A stretch of DNA of 64,000 nt from Spirochaetia bacterium (GTDB lineage: Bacteria > Spirochaetota > Spirochaetia > CADAEX01): assembly GCA_963662265.2 (NCBI GenBank), contig CAXXHA010000011.1:32001-96000 (forward strand). Direction: 5' to 3'. This document shows, piece by piece, positions 11,262 to 20,209 of the stretch. Position 1 is the stretch's first letter. Every line of letters begins with the position of its first letter. The position numbers and the translations under genes were made by a program. Below the pieces are notes generated by a model. That model did not search any database, had not been told where the DNA came from, and saw only the letters and a list, made by a program, of their open reading frames with translations.

Positions 11262-12650
11262 ATGATGCGATCATTATATTCCGGAGTTTCCGGTTTACAG
11301 AACCACCAGGTAAGAATGGATGTTATTGGTAATAACATTTCCAATGTAAATACAGTCGGTTTCAAAAAGGGAAGAGTTAATTTTCAGGATATGCTGTCCC
11401 AGTCAATGCAGGGTGCTGCAAAACCTACAGATGACCTTGGCGGGGTAAACCCCAAGCAGGTTGGTCTCGGTATGACAGTTGCATCAATTGATACAATTCA
11501 TACTCAGGGGTCCCTTCAGACAACAGGTGTTGCAACAGATATTGCTGTTCAGGGTAACGGTTTTTTCATCATGAAAAACGGCGAGAAGGAATTCTATACA
11601 AGAGCAGGTGCATTTGGTATTGATGAAGCAGGAACTTTTGTAAATCCTGCAAACGGTATGAAAGTACAGGGATGGATGGCTGAAACAATTGACGGACAGT
11701 CGTTTGTAAATACAGCAGCAGATCCAGGTGATATAACAATTCCTGTCGGAAGCAAGGATCCCGCATCAGCTACAAGCGAAGTATTTCTTGCATGTAACCT
11801 TGACAAGAGAACAGCGGAAATAGCAGAAGGTGCAGGACCTGCAGAAGTAAGAGAAGGCACATGGAGCATAGACAAGACAATCTATGACAGTTTTGGAAAC
11901 AAGCACACAATGAGCATAGACTTTACAAAAGTTCCCGGTGTAAACAACCAGTGGGAAGCGCAGATTTTTGTTGACAGGAATGCTGAAGCAGATACAGAAA
12001 CAGCTCTTGATATAGGAGCTGAAAACAATGAAGGCAATACTTTTATTGTTGAGTTCAGTAACCTTGGAATGCTTCTCGGGGCTGAAGATGAACAGGGCGA
12101 CAGGATTACAGAAGGGGAACTTCAGATACCTGTAAGCTTCAATGTCGCAGGGGCGACTGTGGAAGAAGGTGCTGAACCGGTAAGGCAGACATTCAACCTT
12201 AACCTGGGAACTGTTGGAAGTGCTGTAAACACTGTTACCCAGTTTGCAGAAAAAAGTTCCACAAAGGCATTCAAGCAGAACGGATATTCAATGGGATATC
12301 TTGAGAATTTCAAGATTGACCAGAGCGGTTATATAACAGGTGTTTATTCAAACGGAACAAACAGGACTATCGGACAGGTAGCTCTTGCAAGCTTTGTAAA
12401 TCCCGCAGGACTTGAAAAAGCGGGAGAAAGCACCTACGCGGTGACAAACAACTCAGGCGATGCAAATATAGGCGCTTCTGGAATCGCGGGTAAGGGTAAG
12501 TTTATTTCAGGTGCTCTTGAAATGAGTAATGTTGACCTTGCTGAACAGTTTACAGACATGATTGTCACACAGAGAGGTTTTCAGGCCAACTCGAAAACAA
12601 TACAGACTTCTGACCAGATGCTTCAGGAGCTTATGACACTCAAGAGATAA
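11262..12650 (+). CDS. flgE: flagellar hook protein FlgE
   Basis: [25 protein letters not shown]; C-terminal [25 protein letters not shown]. Confidence 0.97.
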   Translation: MMRSLYSGVSGLQNHQVRMDVIGNNISNVNTVGFKKGRVNFQDMLSQSMQGAAKPTDDLGGVNPKQVGLGMTVASIDTIHTQGSLQTTGVATDIAVQGNGFFIMKNGEKEFYTRAGAFGIDEAGTFVNPANGMKVQGWMAETIDGQSFVNTAADPGDITIPVGSKDPASATSEVFLACNLDKRTAEIAEGAGPAEVREGTWSIDKTIYDSFGNKHTMSIDFTKVPGVNNQWEAQIFVDRNAEADTETALDIGAENNEGNTFIVEFSNLGMLLGAEDEQGDRITEGELQIPVSFNVAGATVEEGAEPVRQTFNLNLGTVGSAVNTVTQFAEKSSTKAFKQNGYSMGYLENFKIDQSGYITGVYSNGTNRTIGQVALASFVNPAGLEKAGESTYAVTNNSGDANIGASGIAGKGKFISGALEMSNVDLAEQFTDMIVTQRGFQANSKTIQTSDQMLQELMTLKR

Positions 12651-12658
12651 ATTGAGAT

Positions 12659-12684
12659 GATTTACCCCTGAAAAGGGGTAAATC
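12659..12684 (+). other. 11-bp stem with GAAA tetraloop just after flgE (mRNA-stabilising or weak terminator)
   Basis: GATTTACCCCT-GAAA-AGGGGTAAATC; no U-tract follows. Confidence 0.6.
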
Positions 12685-12882
12685 CCGTTAAACGGGGCAT
12701 AAACATCGTGTAAGATATTTTTTATATGTGCAATGCTGTTGAGCGGGAAATATAAAAGCCGGAATCGGGAAGTGTTTTTCTGCAGTATCCGGATACATGT
12801 TGCCGGTTTATTGAACCGGCGACCGGGCAAATATCAAGCCGGTATAATTTTTACCGGCAGTCAGGCGGGGAAGTGAATAAAT

Positions 12883-13080
12883 ATGGTAAGAGTAACCAGG
12901 CTTAACGGAACAGAATATTATATCAATCCTCACCAGATTGAATATATAGAAATGAATCCTGATACAACGCTTGTAATGCTTTCTGGGAAAAAGCTTGTTG
13001 TCAGAGAATCATATTATGATGTATTTGACAGAATTGTTGATTACAGAAAGCTGATCGGCTGTTTTAAAAACGAGGAGTAA
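12883..13080 (+). CDS. flbD: FlbD-family flagellar protein
   Basis: VTRLNG..INPHQIE..NPDTTLVMLSGKKLVVRE; precedes motA. Confidence 0.9.
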   Translation: MVRVTRLNGTEYYINPHQIEYIEMNPDTTLVMLSGKKLVVRESYYDVFDRIVDYRKLIGCFKNEE

Positions 13081-13085
13081 TTTTA

Positions 13086-13871
13086 ATGGATATCGGAACA
13101 CTGGGTGGAATTGCCGGAGGATTTATACTCATAATCGGATCAATGTTTTTGAGCGGTGCTTCGCTTGGACTCTATATTGACCCCGGTTCAGCCGTAATGG
13201 TAATCGGAGGATCTTTCTGTGCACTCATGGTATCCAATCCTCTGCAGAGGGTCCTTGGAATAATGAACTACCTTAATCATGCTCTCAATGTAAAGGATTA
13301 CGGCAAAGAAAAACTTATTTCAACAATGGTTAGTTTTTCAGAGCAGGCAAGGCGTGAAGGCCTCCTTGCTCTTGAAGACAGTCTTGATGAACTTGAAGAT
13401 AAATTCATGGAAAAAGGACTCCGCCTGGTTGTTGACGGTACAGACCCGACACTTATTAAAAATATTCTTTACAATGAACTGAATCAGCTTGAAGAGAGAC
13501 ATGCCGTAGGAATCAAGATTTTTCAGGACTGGGGTGCTTTTGCCCCTGCTTTCGGTATGATCGGTACACTTCAGGGTCTTATTGCGATGATGGCGAGTCT
13601 CGGTGACCAGGCTGCTGTAGGTAAAGGTATGGCGCTGGCTCTTATTACAACATTCTACGGAGCGATTATTGCAAACCTCGTGCTTGTCCCTATAAAGAGC
13701 AAACTGGAAGACCGGGACAAGGAAGAGCTGATGGTTAAGGAAATCATGGTTGAAGGTATTCTTTCCATACAGTCGGGAGATAACCCGAGAATGGTAGAGG
13801 AAAAGCTGCTTGCATTCCTTGCTCCTGCAGAAAGAGAAACTGTAAGAGCTGAAACAGGAAGCGAACAGTAA
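13086..13871 (+). CDS. motA: flagellar stator MotA
   Basis: ARREGLLALE, APAFGMIGTL.GL, MALALITTFYG, GDNPR. Confidence 0.95.
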   Translation: MDIGTLGGIAGGFILIIGSMFLSGASLGLYIDPGSAVMVIGGSFCALMVSNPLQRVLGIMNYLNHALNVKDYGKEKLISTMVSFSEQARREGLLALEDSLDELEDKFMEKGLRLVVDGTDPTLIKNILYNELNQLEERHAVGIKIFQDWGAFAPAFGMIGTLQGLIAMMASLGDQAAVGKGMALALITTFYGAIIANLVLVPIKSKLEDRDKEELMVKEIMVEGILSIQSGDNPRMVEEKLLAFLAPAERETVRAETGSEQ

Positions 13872-13927
13872 TAATTCCCTTTATATAAAAAGGGCAATTA
13901 AGCATTTTTCCGGAATAGAAACCAGGT

Positions 13928-13955
13928 TAATCACCTGTGGATTTTATTCCGATAA
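13928..13955 (+). promoter_or_regulatory. candidate internal sigma28-like promoter before motB
   Basis: TAAT-N16-TCCGATAA in the motA-motB gap. The boxes are identical to the flgB promoter but the spacer is 1 nt longer. Confidence 0.45.
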
Positions 13956-14015
13956 CTATTATAGGGATGATTGCTTTACGAGAGCAATCTCAATCAAGTA
14001 AGCAGGCAGGAAAGT

Positions 14016-14747
14016 ATGGCTAAAGAAAAGAAAAAAAAGTGTCCCCCCGAAGGTGCCCCTGAATGGATGGTTACTTTCAGTGATATGACAACTCTTCTTC
14101 TTACATTCTTCGTAATGATGTTTACAACAGCCACAGTTGACGGATCAGATATAAGACTGATTCTTTCTGCATTTCAGGGACTGGGAGCGCTTTCCGGTGG
14201 TAATACTCTTGATGCGGAAGGCAAGCTTGCGGAACTTGGAAATAATATAATGTCCATGCCGTCACGCCAGACAGGTAAATCCCTGGACAGGGCAAAAAAG
14301 CTTGCAATTTCACTGTTCCAGCCTGAGATAAAAAGCAGGAAGGTGAGGATTACCGAAGATGAAAGAGGTCTTGTCATATCACTTTCGGCTGATGCTTTTT
14401 TCAGGCCTGCAAGTGCGGAACTTAATATTGAAGAGGCAAGAACGACAATACAGAATATTTCCAACCTGATGAATTCAGAAATAATGACAGGCCGAAAATT
14501 CCGGATAGAAGGGCATACAGACAGTATGCCGACTGATGAAAACGGAAGATGGCGGAGCAACTGGGAACTTTCCACAGCCAGGGCCAACAACATTGTTCAT
14601 TATCTGCGTGATTTTAATGTAGATGAAAAGAAGCTGCAGGTCGCAGGATTCGCCGATACTGTTCCGCTTGCTACTAACGAAACAGAAGAAGGAAGAGCTT
14701 ATAACAGAAGAGTTGATATAATCCTTCTTACAGGCGGTCACCTTTGA
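14016..14747 (+). CDS. motB: flagellar stator MotB
   Basis: WMVTFSDMTTLLLTFFV TM with conserved Asp; OmpA-like EGHTD..NWELSTARA..NRRVDI. Confidence 0.95.
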   Translation: MAKEKKKKCPPEGAPEWMVTFSDMTTLLLTFFVMMFTTATVDGSDIRLILSAFQGLGALSGGNTLDAEGKLAELGNNIMSMPSRQTGKSLDRAKKLAISLFQPEIKSRKVRITEDERGLVISLSADAFFRPASAELNIEEARTTIQNISNLMNSEIMTGRKFRIEGHTDSMPTDENGRWRSNWELSTARANNIVHYLRDFNVDEKKLQVAGFADTVPLATNETEEGRAYNRRVDIILLTGGHL

Positions 14748-14766
14748 TGGTAAAAATAGAAAATGT

Positions 14767-14795
14767 TTGCAAATATTGGATATTTTTGATAAAAT
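14767..14795 (+). promoter_or_regulatory. sigma70-type promoter upstream of fliL
   Basis: TTGCAA-N17-TAAAAT with extended -10 TG; AGGAG RBS downstream. Confidence 0.6.
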
Positions 14796-14825
14796 TCAAT
14801 AATTATTTAAATCAGGAGATTAAAA

Positions 14826-15392
14826 ATGCCTGAAGATTATGATCTTGATCTTGAAAATTCCGGTGCTATTTCTGAAGAGGAAGAGATTGGAAAAAAGAAA
14901 ATAGGTTTTCTTCCTGCAATAGTAATAAAAATACTTAAATGGGTAGCTTTTGTTCTGGTTGCAGTTGTCTTTATAGTAACAGTTGTTGTTGTTACACTTA
15001 AAATTATGAATCCGGTTGCCAGCACCCCGGATTACTACTATGATACTCAGGAACTGAGAAATACACTGCCGAATCTTCAGTGGTACAATGTCGGTGAAAA
15101 TGATATCAGATGCAGAACTGCGGATATTGATAAAAAAGTTATTCTCATAGTAAAAGTATCTGTAGGTTTTAATGCAAAATCAAAAGAACTTCACCAGGAG
15201 CTTATCGAGAAAACTCCTAAACTGCGTGATGAGATAAGGGTGTTTTTCGGTGAAAAAATGGGGGATGATCTCCTACCAAAGGATGAAGTCAAAGTCAAGG
15301 AAGAACTTAAACGGAGAATAAACAGGATGCTCAGCGGAAGCGAAAGGGTCCAGGATGTTATTTTCACAGATTTCAACATGGTTGAATTTTAA
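14826..15392 (+). CDS. fliL: flagellar basal body-associated protein FliL
   Basis: Single TM; PKLRDEIRVFF..ELKRRINRML..VIFTDF; lies between motB and fliM. Confidence 0.85.
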   Translation: MPEDYDLDLENSGAISEEEEIGKKKIGFLPAIVIKILKWVAFVLVAVVFIVTVVVVTLKIMNPVASTPDYYYDTQELRNTLPNLQWYNVGENDIRCRTADIDKKVILIVKVSVGFNAKSKELHQELIEKTPKLRDEIRVFFGEKMGDDLLPKDEVKVKEELKRRINRMLSGSERVQDVIFTDFNMVEF

Positions 15393-15412
15393 AAAAGGAC
15401 AGACTTTAAAAT

Positions 15413-16438
15413 ATGACAGATATATTGTCACAGAATGAGATAGATCAGTTACTCACCGCTTTTACAACAGGGGATATCGAATCCGAAGATGTCTCCCAGG
15501 TAAATGATCAGAGAAAGATAAAGATATATGACTTCAAAAGACCTGACAAATTCTCAAAAGAGCAGATACGAACTGTATCTATCATGCATGAGACATTTGC
15601 CCGTCTTACAACAACATCTTTATCTGCGCAGCTGCGGAGTCTCATTCATGTGCATGTTGCATCTGTAGACCAGCTGACTTACGAGGAATTTATAAGATCA
15701 ATTCCGAACCAGACAACAATTGCAGTAATCAACATGGACCCCCTTAAAGGGTCAGCAATACTTGAAATAGATCCATCTGTTACCTTTTCGATTATTGAAA
15801 GGCTTTTCGGAGGCCAGGGAGAAGGTACAAAGATAAACAGGGAGCTTTCAGATATTGAGCAGTCTGTAATGGAAGGTGTTATTGTAAGAATTCTGGGTAA
15901 CATGAGGGAAGCCTGGAGCCAGGTTGTTGATTTAAGACCAAGGCTTGGCCAGATTGAAACAAATCCCCAGTTTGCACAGATAGTACCTCCAACAGAAATG
16001 GTTGTTCTGGTAACACTTGAAACAAAAGTAGGTGAAGTTGAAGGGATGATGAATTTCTGTATTCCCTACCTGACAATCGAACCAATTATTTCAAAGCTTT
16101 CCGCACAGTACTGGTATTCTTCTGTAAGAAGGGGAACTACAACTGAAAACCTCAATATTCTGCGTGAAAGACTTTCAACTGTAAATGTGGATGTTGTAGC
16201 CGAGATCGGGAAAATAGATATTGCGGTCAGGGACGCTCTTGCACTTGCCGTAGGAGATGTAATAAGGCTTCAGAATGTAAGAGTTACTGATGAAATGAAG
16301 CTTAAACTCGGAAACAGGCCGAAATTTTTATGCAGACCCGGTGTTGTCGGGAATAAAATTGCTGTGCAGATAACCAAGAAACTTGAAGATTTCACCAAAG
16401 AGGAATTTGAAGAATTAACAGCAGAAGGAGATGAGTAG
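15413..16438 (+). CDS. fliM: flagellar switch protein FliM
   Basis: ILSQNEIDQLL, YDFKRPDKFSKEQ, ETNPQFAQIVPP. Confidence 0.97.
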   Translation: MTDILSQNEIDQLLTAFTTGDIESEDVSQVNDQRKIKIYDFKRPDKFSKEQIRTVSIMHETFARLTTTSLSAQLRSLIHVHVASVDQLTYEEFIRSIPNQTTIAVINMDPLKGSAILEIDPSVTFSIIERLFGGQGEGTKINRELSDIEQSVMEGVIVRILGNMREAWSQVVDLRPRLGQIETNPQFAQIVPPTEMVVLVTLETKVGEVEGMMNFCIPYLTIEPIISKLSAQYWYSSVRRGTTTENLNILRERLSTVNVDVVAEIGKIDIAVRDALALAVGDVIRLQNVRVTDEMKLKLGNRPKFLCRPGVVGNKIAVQITKKLEDFTKEEFEELTAEGDE

Positions 16439-16439
16439 T

Positions 16440-17615
16440 ATGAGTGATGGCGCTCTTTCTCAGGATGAAATAGATGCTTTGATGAGCGGCGGCTCTGGGG
16501 GCGGATTTGATTTCGGTGGAGATCCAGCATCAGGCGGTGCACCGGCATCTGGCGGTGGTTTGACAGATACAGAAAAACAGGATTTTCAGAATCTGGTTAA
16601 CTCTGTCACTGAAACACAGGCAGCGACTCTTACAGGTATGATGGGCAAGACTGTATCAATACAGGGCGCTTCTGTCGAAGTTATTGACGGCTCATCTGTT
16701 GCCTCATCTCTGGACGGTAATTTTATAAGAATAAACTCTTCATTTACCGACGGAATTACAGGATACCATTCATATGTTATACCTGAAGAACTGTCAAAGT
16801 CTATTGCTGCAAACCTGACAGGCCTTGAACAGGTCGATCTTGATGAAGCTGCAATGTCTGCAATAAGTGAAGCGATAAATACAATAGCAGGGTCAGCACT
16901 GACAGCCTTCGGTGACAAGAAAAATATAACAATAATGACAGAACCTGCAGCAGCAGATCTTAAAAGCGCTGCTGATTCAGATATACAGCCGGGATCACTT
17001 GCAAAGGTTACATTTCCTGTGACAGTGGAAGGGGAGAATCCCTCTTCCTTCTTTGAACTTTTTGATATTTCGGCAGTAAAATCCCTTGTGCAGTCGGAAG
17101 CAGCTTCCCAGCAGCCTCAGGCAGCCGGAGCAGGAGATGTGGATGACCTTCTTTCCGGGCTTGGTATGGGAACTTCTCCCCAGCAGGGAGGCGGAATGGC
17201 TGCAGGAATGGGCAGCATGGGCGGCGGAGCTGCAGGCGGCATGGGAGACATGGGATTCGGTGCAATGGGCGGCGGAATGCAGGCGCCTTCGCAGAGTATA
17301 AATGTACAGAATGTACAGTATCCGCCTCTTTCAGGCGGAAGCATGGATTCAGAGCAGGGAAATATCAGTCTTCTCATGGATGTAAACATGGAGATGACTG
17401 TAGAACTCGGCCGTACCAAGAAACCTATCAGGGAAATCCTGAGTATGGGTGAAGGAACAATTATCGAGCTTGATAAACTGGCTGGTGAGCCAGTAGATAT
17501 ACTTGTAAATCATAAGCTGATTGCAAACGGAGAGGTTGTTGTAATTGATGAAAACTTCGGTGTGCGTGTAACAAAGATTGTTTCACCGAATGCCGGTCTT
17601 ACAGACCTTTCTTAA
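16440..17615 (+). CDS. fliY: flagellar switch protein FliY/FliN (CheC-like plus SpoA domain)
   Basis: LSQDEIDALM peptide, CheC-like middle region with EAIN, C-terminal LLMDVNMEMTVELGRT..GEVVVIDENFGVRV. Confidence 0.85.
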   Translation: MSDGALSQDEIDALMSGGSGGGFDFGGDPASGGAPASGGGLTDTEKQDFQNLVNSVTETQAATLTGMMGKTVSIQGASVEVIDGSSVASSLDGNFIRINSSFTDGITGYHSYVIPEELSKSIAANLTGLEQVDLDEAAMSAISEAINTIAGSALTAFGDKKNITIMTEPAAADLKSAADSDIQPGSLAKVTFPVTVEGENPSSFFELFDISAVKSLVQSEAASQQPQAAGAGDVDDLLSGLGMGTSPQQGGGMAAGMGSMGGGAAGGMGDMGFGAMGGGMQAPSQSINVQNVQYPPLSGGSMDSEQGNISLLMDVNMEMTVELGRTKKPIREILSMGEGTIIELDKLAGEPVDILVNHKLIANGEVVVIDENFGVRVTKIVSPNAGLTDLS

Positions 17616-17630
17616 TGCCTTTGTACTGAA

Positions 17631-17668
17631 TGTATAAGATCAGGTATAAATATATGTGATCTTATACA
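17631..17668. other. perfect 12-bp inverted repeat between fliY and fliO
   Basis: TGTATAAGATCA-N14-TGATCTTATACA. Confidence 0.55.
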
Positions 17669-17707
17669 GATGCACTTAAGGGGCAGATGTCATTAACTGG
17701 GGGGGGA

Positions 17708-18313
17708 ATGACAAAACGTATAATATTTCTTTTCATAATACTCTTTATCTCATCTCTTAACCTGCTGTTTTCACAGGAAACTGTAAATTCCGGTGAACAG
17801 TCAGAAAATATCGAAGAATCATTTAAGATAACCGATACGGAAGAACAGGTTGCAGGAAATAATCAGAATAACAGCGATACAAGCCTTGTGACATTTACTG
17901 TATGGGATTTTCTCAGGATGGTACTTGTAATTATATTTGTAGCCGCATGTATTTACGGCCTTATATTCCTGCTGAAGAAAGCATCTACAGGGCATTTTGA
18001 TGAATCAGATCTTATCAATATTATTTCCAGTAAAACAGTAACAGCCGGCAAGACTCTTCACATAGTTGAAGTAGGCAACCAGATGATGCTTCTCGGAATT
18101 TCAGACGATTCAATTACCCATATTGCAGATATTACAGACAAGGAAACTTATGAAAGGATAAAGCTTTACAAGGGAGAAAATAAGACACCGACAGGAGATT
18201 CCTTTTACAGTTACCTGTCAAAAGTTATAAGTCCGGGCAGGAAAAAATCAAAAAAAGCCAATAATCTGGGCAGCATGCTTGATAAACAGAAAAAGCGGAT
18301 GGAAAAACTTTAA
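17708..18313 (+). CDS. fliO: flagellar biosynthesis protein FliO/FliZ
   Basis: Signal-like N-terminus, TM, KTLHIVEVGNQMMLLGISD motif; precedes fliP. Confidence 0.85.
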   Translation: MTKRIIFLFIILFISSLNLLFSQETVNSGEQSENIEESFKITDTEEQVAGNNQNNSDTSLVTFTVWDFLRMVLVIIFVAACIYGLIFLLKKASTGHFDESDLINIISSKTVTAGKTLHIVEVGNQMMLLGISDDSITHIADITDKETYERIKLYKGENKTPTGDSFYSYLSKVISPGRKKSKKANNLGSMLDKQKKRMEKL

Positions 18314-18347
18314 AATATAATCTGCTGATTTTCATGACGGGGGGGGA

Positions 18348-19133
18348 ATGAAAAAAGTTTTATTTATAATAATTTTTGCACTGGTTACTCTAAGTACTGC
18401 ATTCGGGCAGGAAAGAACTATCCAGGGGCAGGATACAGACGGCAATGCACTGACAATACCATTTGTCGATATAGCTGTCAGGCAGCCTGAATCAAACCAG
18501 GAGGTGGCCCTGTCAATACAGCTCCTGATGCTGCTTGCGGTAATCACGCTTTCACCTTCAATTATACTTCTGACAACCTCATTCCTCCGTATTGCAGTTG
18601 TTTTTGACTTCATAAAAAGAGCTCTGTCTCTTCAGCAGGTCCCTCCGAACCAGGTTCTTATGGGAATTGCACTTTTTCTGACTGTTTTTATCATGTGGCC
18701 GACATTCACAGAAGTTTATGATAATTCGCTGAAGCCTTTTTCAGACGGGGAAATAGGACTTGAGGAGATGTATCAGAGGGCAGAACAGCCGGTTAGAATA
18801 TTCATGTTCCGCCAGATGCAGAACCATCCTGAAAATATCAAACTTTTCATGAATATGAGAGGGCTGCCCAAGCCCAACAATCTTTCGGAAGTGCCTACAT
18901 ATGTTCTTATTCCCGCGTATGTTCTTAATGAACTTACAATAGCATTCAAGATAGGGATACTTCTTTTTATTCCGTTTATTGTCATTGATATGATTGTCGC
19001 ATCAACACTCATGTCAATGGGTATGATAATGCTTCCCCCGGTAATGATTTCACTGCCTTTCAAACTGATACTTTTTGTACTTGTTGACGGCTGGAGTCTT
19101 ATAACCGGGCAGATAGTAAAAAGCTTTTTATAG
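18348..19133 (+). CDS. fliP: flagellar export protein FliP
   Basis: TSFLRI, QQVPPNQVL, PAYVLNEL, MLPPVMISLPFKLILFVLVDGW. Confidence 0.97.
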   Translation: MKKVLFIIIFALVTLSTAFGQERTIQGQDTDGNALTIPFVDIAVRQPESNQEVALSIQLLMLLAVITLSPSIILLTTSFLRIAVVFDFIKRALSLQQVPPNQVLMGIALFLTVFIMWPTFTEVYDNSLKPFSDGEIGLEEMYQRAEQPVRIFMFRQMQNHPENIKLFMNMRGLPKPNNLSEVPTYVLIPAYVLNELTIAFKIGILLFIPFIVIDMIVASTLMSMGMIMLPPVMISLPFKLILFVLVDGWSLITGQIVKSFL

Positions 19134-19145
19134 GGGGTGTAGAAG

Positions 19146-19415
19146 ATGGATTTAGGATTCGCAGTTTATGTTTTCAGAAACTCAATTGTTCAGCTTATTA
19201 TGATGGCATCTCCTATTCTTATGATAGGTATGATAGTCGGGCTTGTTATTTCCATTATTCAGGCGACTACATCTCTTCAGGAGCAGACACTTACATTTGT
19301 TCCTAAAATTATCGCGATTCTCGGGACAATTATATTTCTGGGCCCCTGGATAATGGGGTCAATGCAGCAGTTTGCTGTAAGAATCATTACAATGATACCG
19401 GATATGGTTAAATAG
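19146..19415 (+). CDS. fliQ: flagellar export protein FliQ
   Basis: QATTSLQEQTLTFVPK. Confidence 0.96.
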   Translation: MDLGFAVYVFRNSIVQLIMMASPILMIGMIVGLVISIIQATTSLQEQTLTFVPKIIAILGTIIFLGPWIMGSMQQFAVRIITMIPDMVK

Positions 19416-19417
19416 GC

Positions 19418-20209
19418 ATGTTTTTCAATACTCTTGCGGAAAATTCACAGTTATTTTTTCTCGTTTTTGTAAGGGTATTTGCACTTGTTACCATAGCTCC
19501 GCTGCTTTCATCAACTGCTTTCCCTGCAATTGTAAGGGCTGCTCTTGCCCTCTTCACAGCTGTTGCTGTTTTTCCCGAAGTCCTTGCTTCAGGTTATCCT
19601 ATTCCTGTATCAGGGCTTGGGTACGGTGCTCTCCTTGTAGGCGAGGCAGGGATCGGAATTCTCACAGGTTTTTTCCTTCAGCTGATATTTACTTCATTCC
19701 TTGTCGCTGGACAGTTTTTTTCAATGCAGATGGGTTTCGGTGCATCAGTGGTATTCGATCCTCTTGCACAGATACAGATACCTATAATGGGACAGCTTCT
19801 CAACAACTTTGCGATGTTTGTCTTTATAACTGCAGGGGGATTCTACAAGGTATTTCTTACAGGAGTTATAAGATCTTTCCAGTCTCTGAATGCATACACA
19901 GTAATGACGCAGAAGGAACACCTCTTTACAATGTCGCTTACAGGTATCTCAAAGCTTTTTGAGCAGGCTCTGATAATAGCTATGCCTATACTGGGAACGC
20001 TGTTTCTCATATCAGTATCGACAGGACTGCTTGCAAAGGCTGCGCCCCAGATGAACCTGCTCATGATGGGGTTTCCTATTGCAATCCTTACAGCTTATGT
20101 GATTATTTTCCTGAGCCTGCCGTTTATGATAGGGAAGTTTTCGGTGATAATTGACAACAGCTTCTCTGAGGTCATGAGATGGTATTCTCTTTACAGGGGG
20201 AACGGATGA
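19418..20209 (+). CDS. fliR: flagellar export protein FliR
   Basis: AGQFFSMQMGF..DP and KAAPQMNL..GFP. Confidence 0.95.
   Translation: MFFNTLAENSQLFFLVFVRVFALVTIAPLLSSTAFPAIVRAALALFTAVAVFPEVLASGYPIPVSGLGYGALLVGEAGIGILTGFFLQLIFTSFLVAGQFFSMQMGFGASVVFDPLAQIQIPIMGQLLNNFAMFVFITAGGFYKVFLTGVIRSFQSLNAYTVMTQKEHLFTMSLTGISKLFEQALIIAMPILGTLFLISVSTGLLAKAAPQMNLLMMGFPIAILTAYVIIFLSLPFMIGKFSVIIDNSFSEVMRWYSLYRGNG

Noticed and set aside
17160-17280. GGCATGGG/GGCGG repeats in fliY as a repeat element
   Set aside because: They simply encode the Gly/Met-rich linker.
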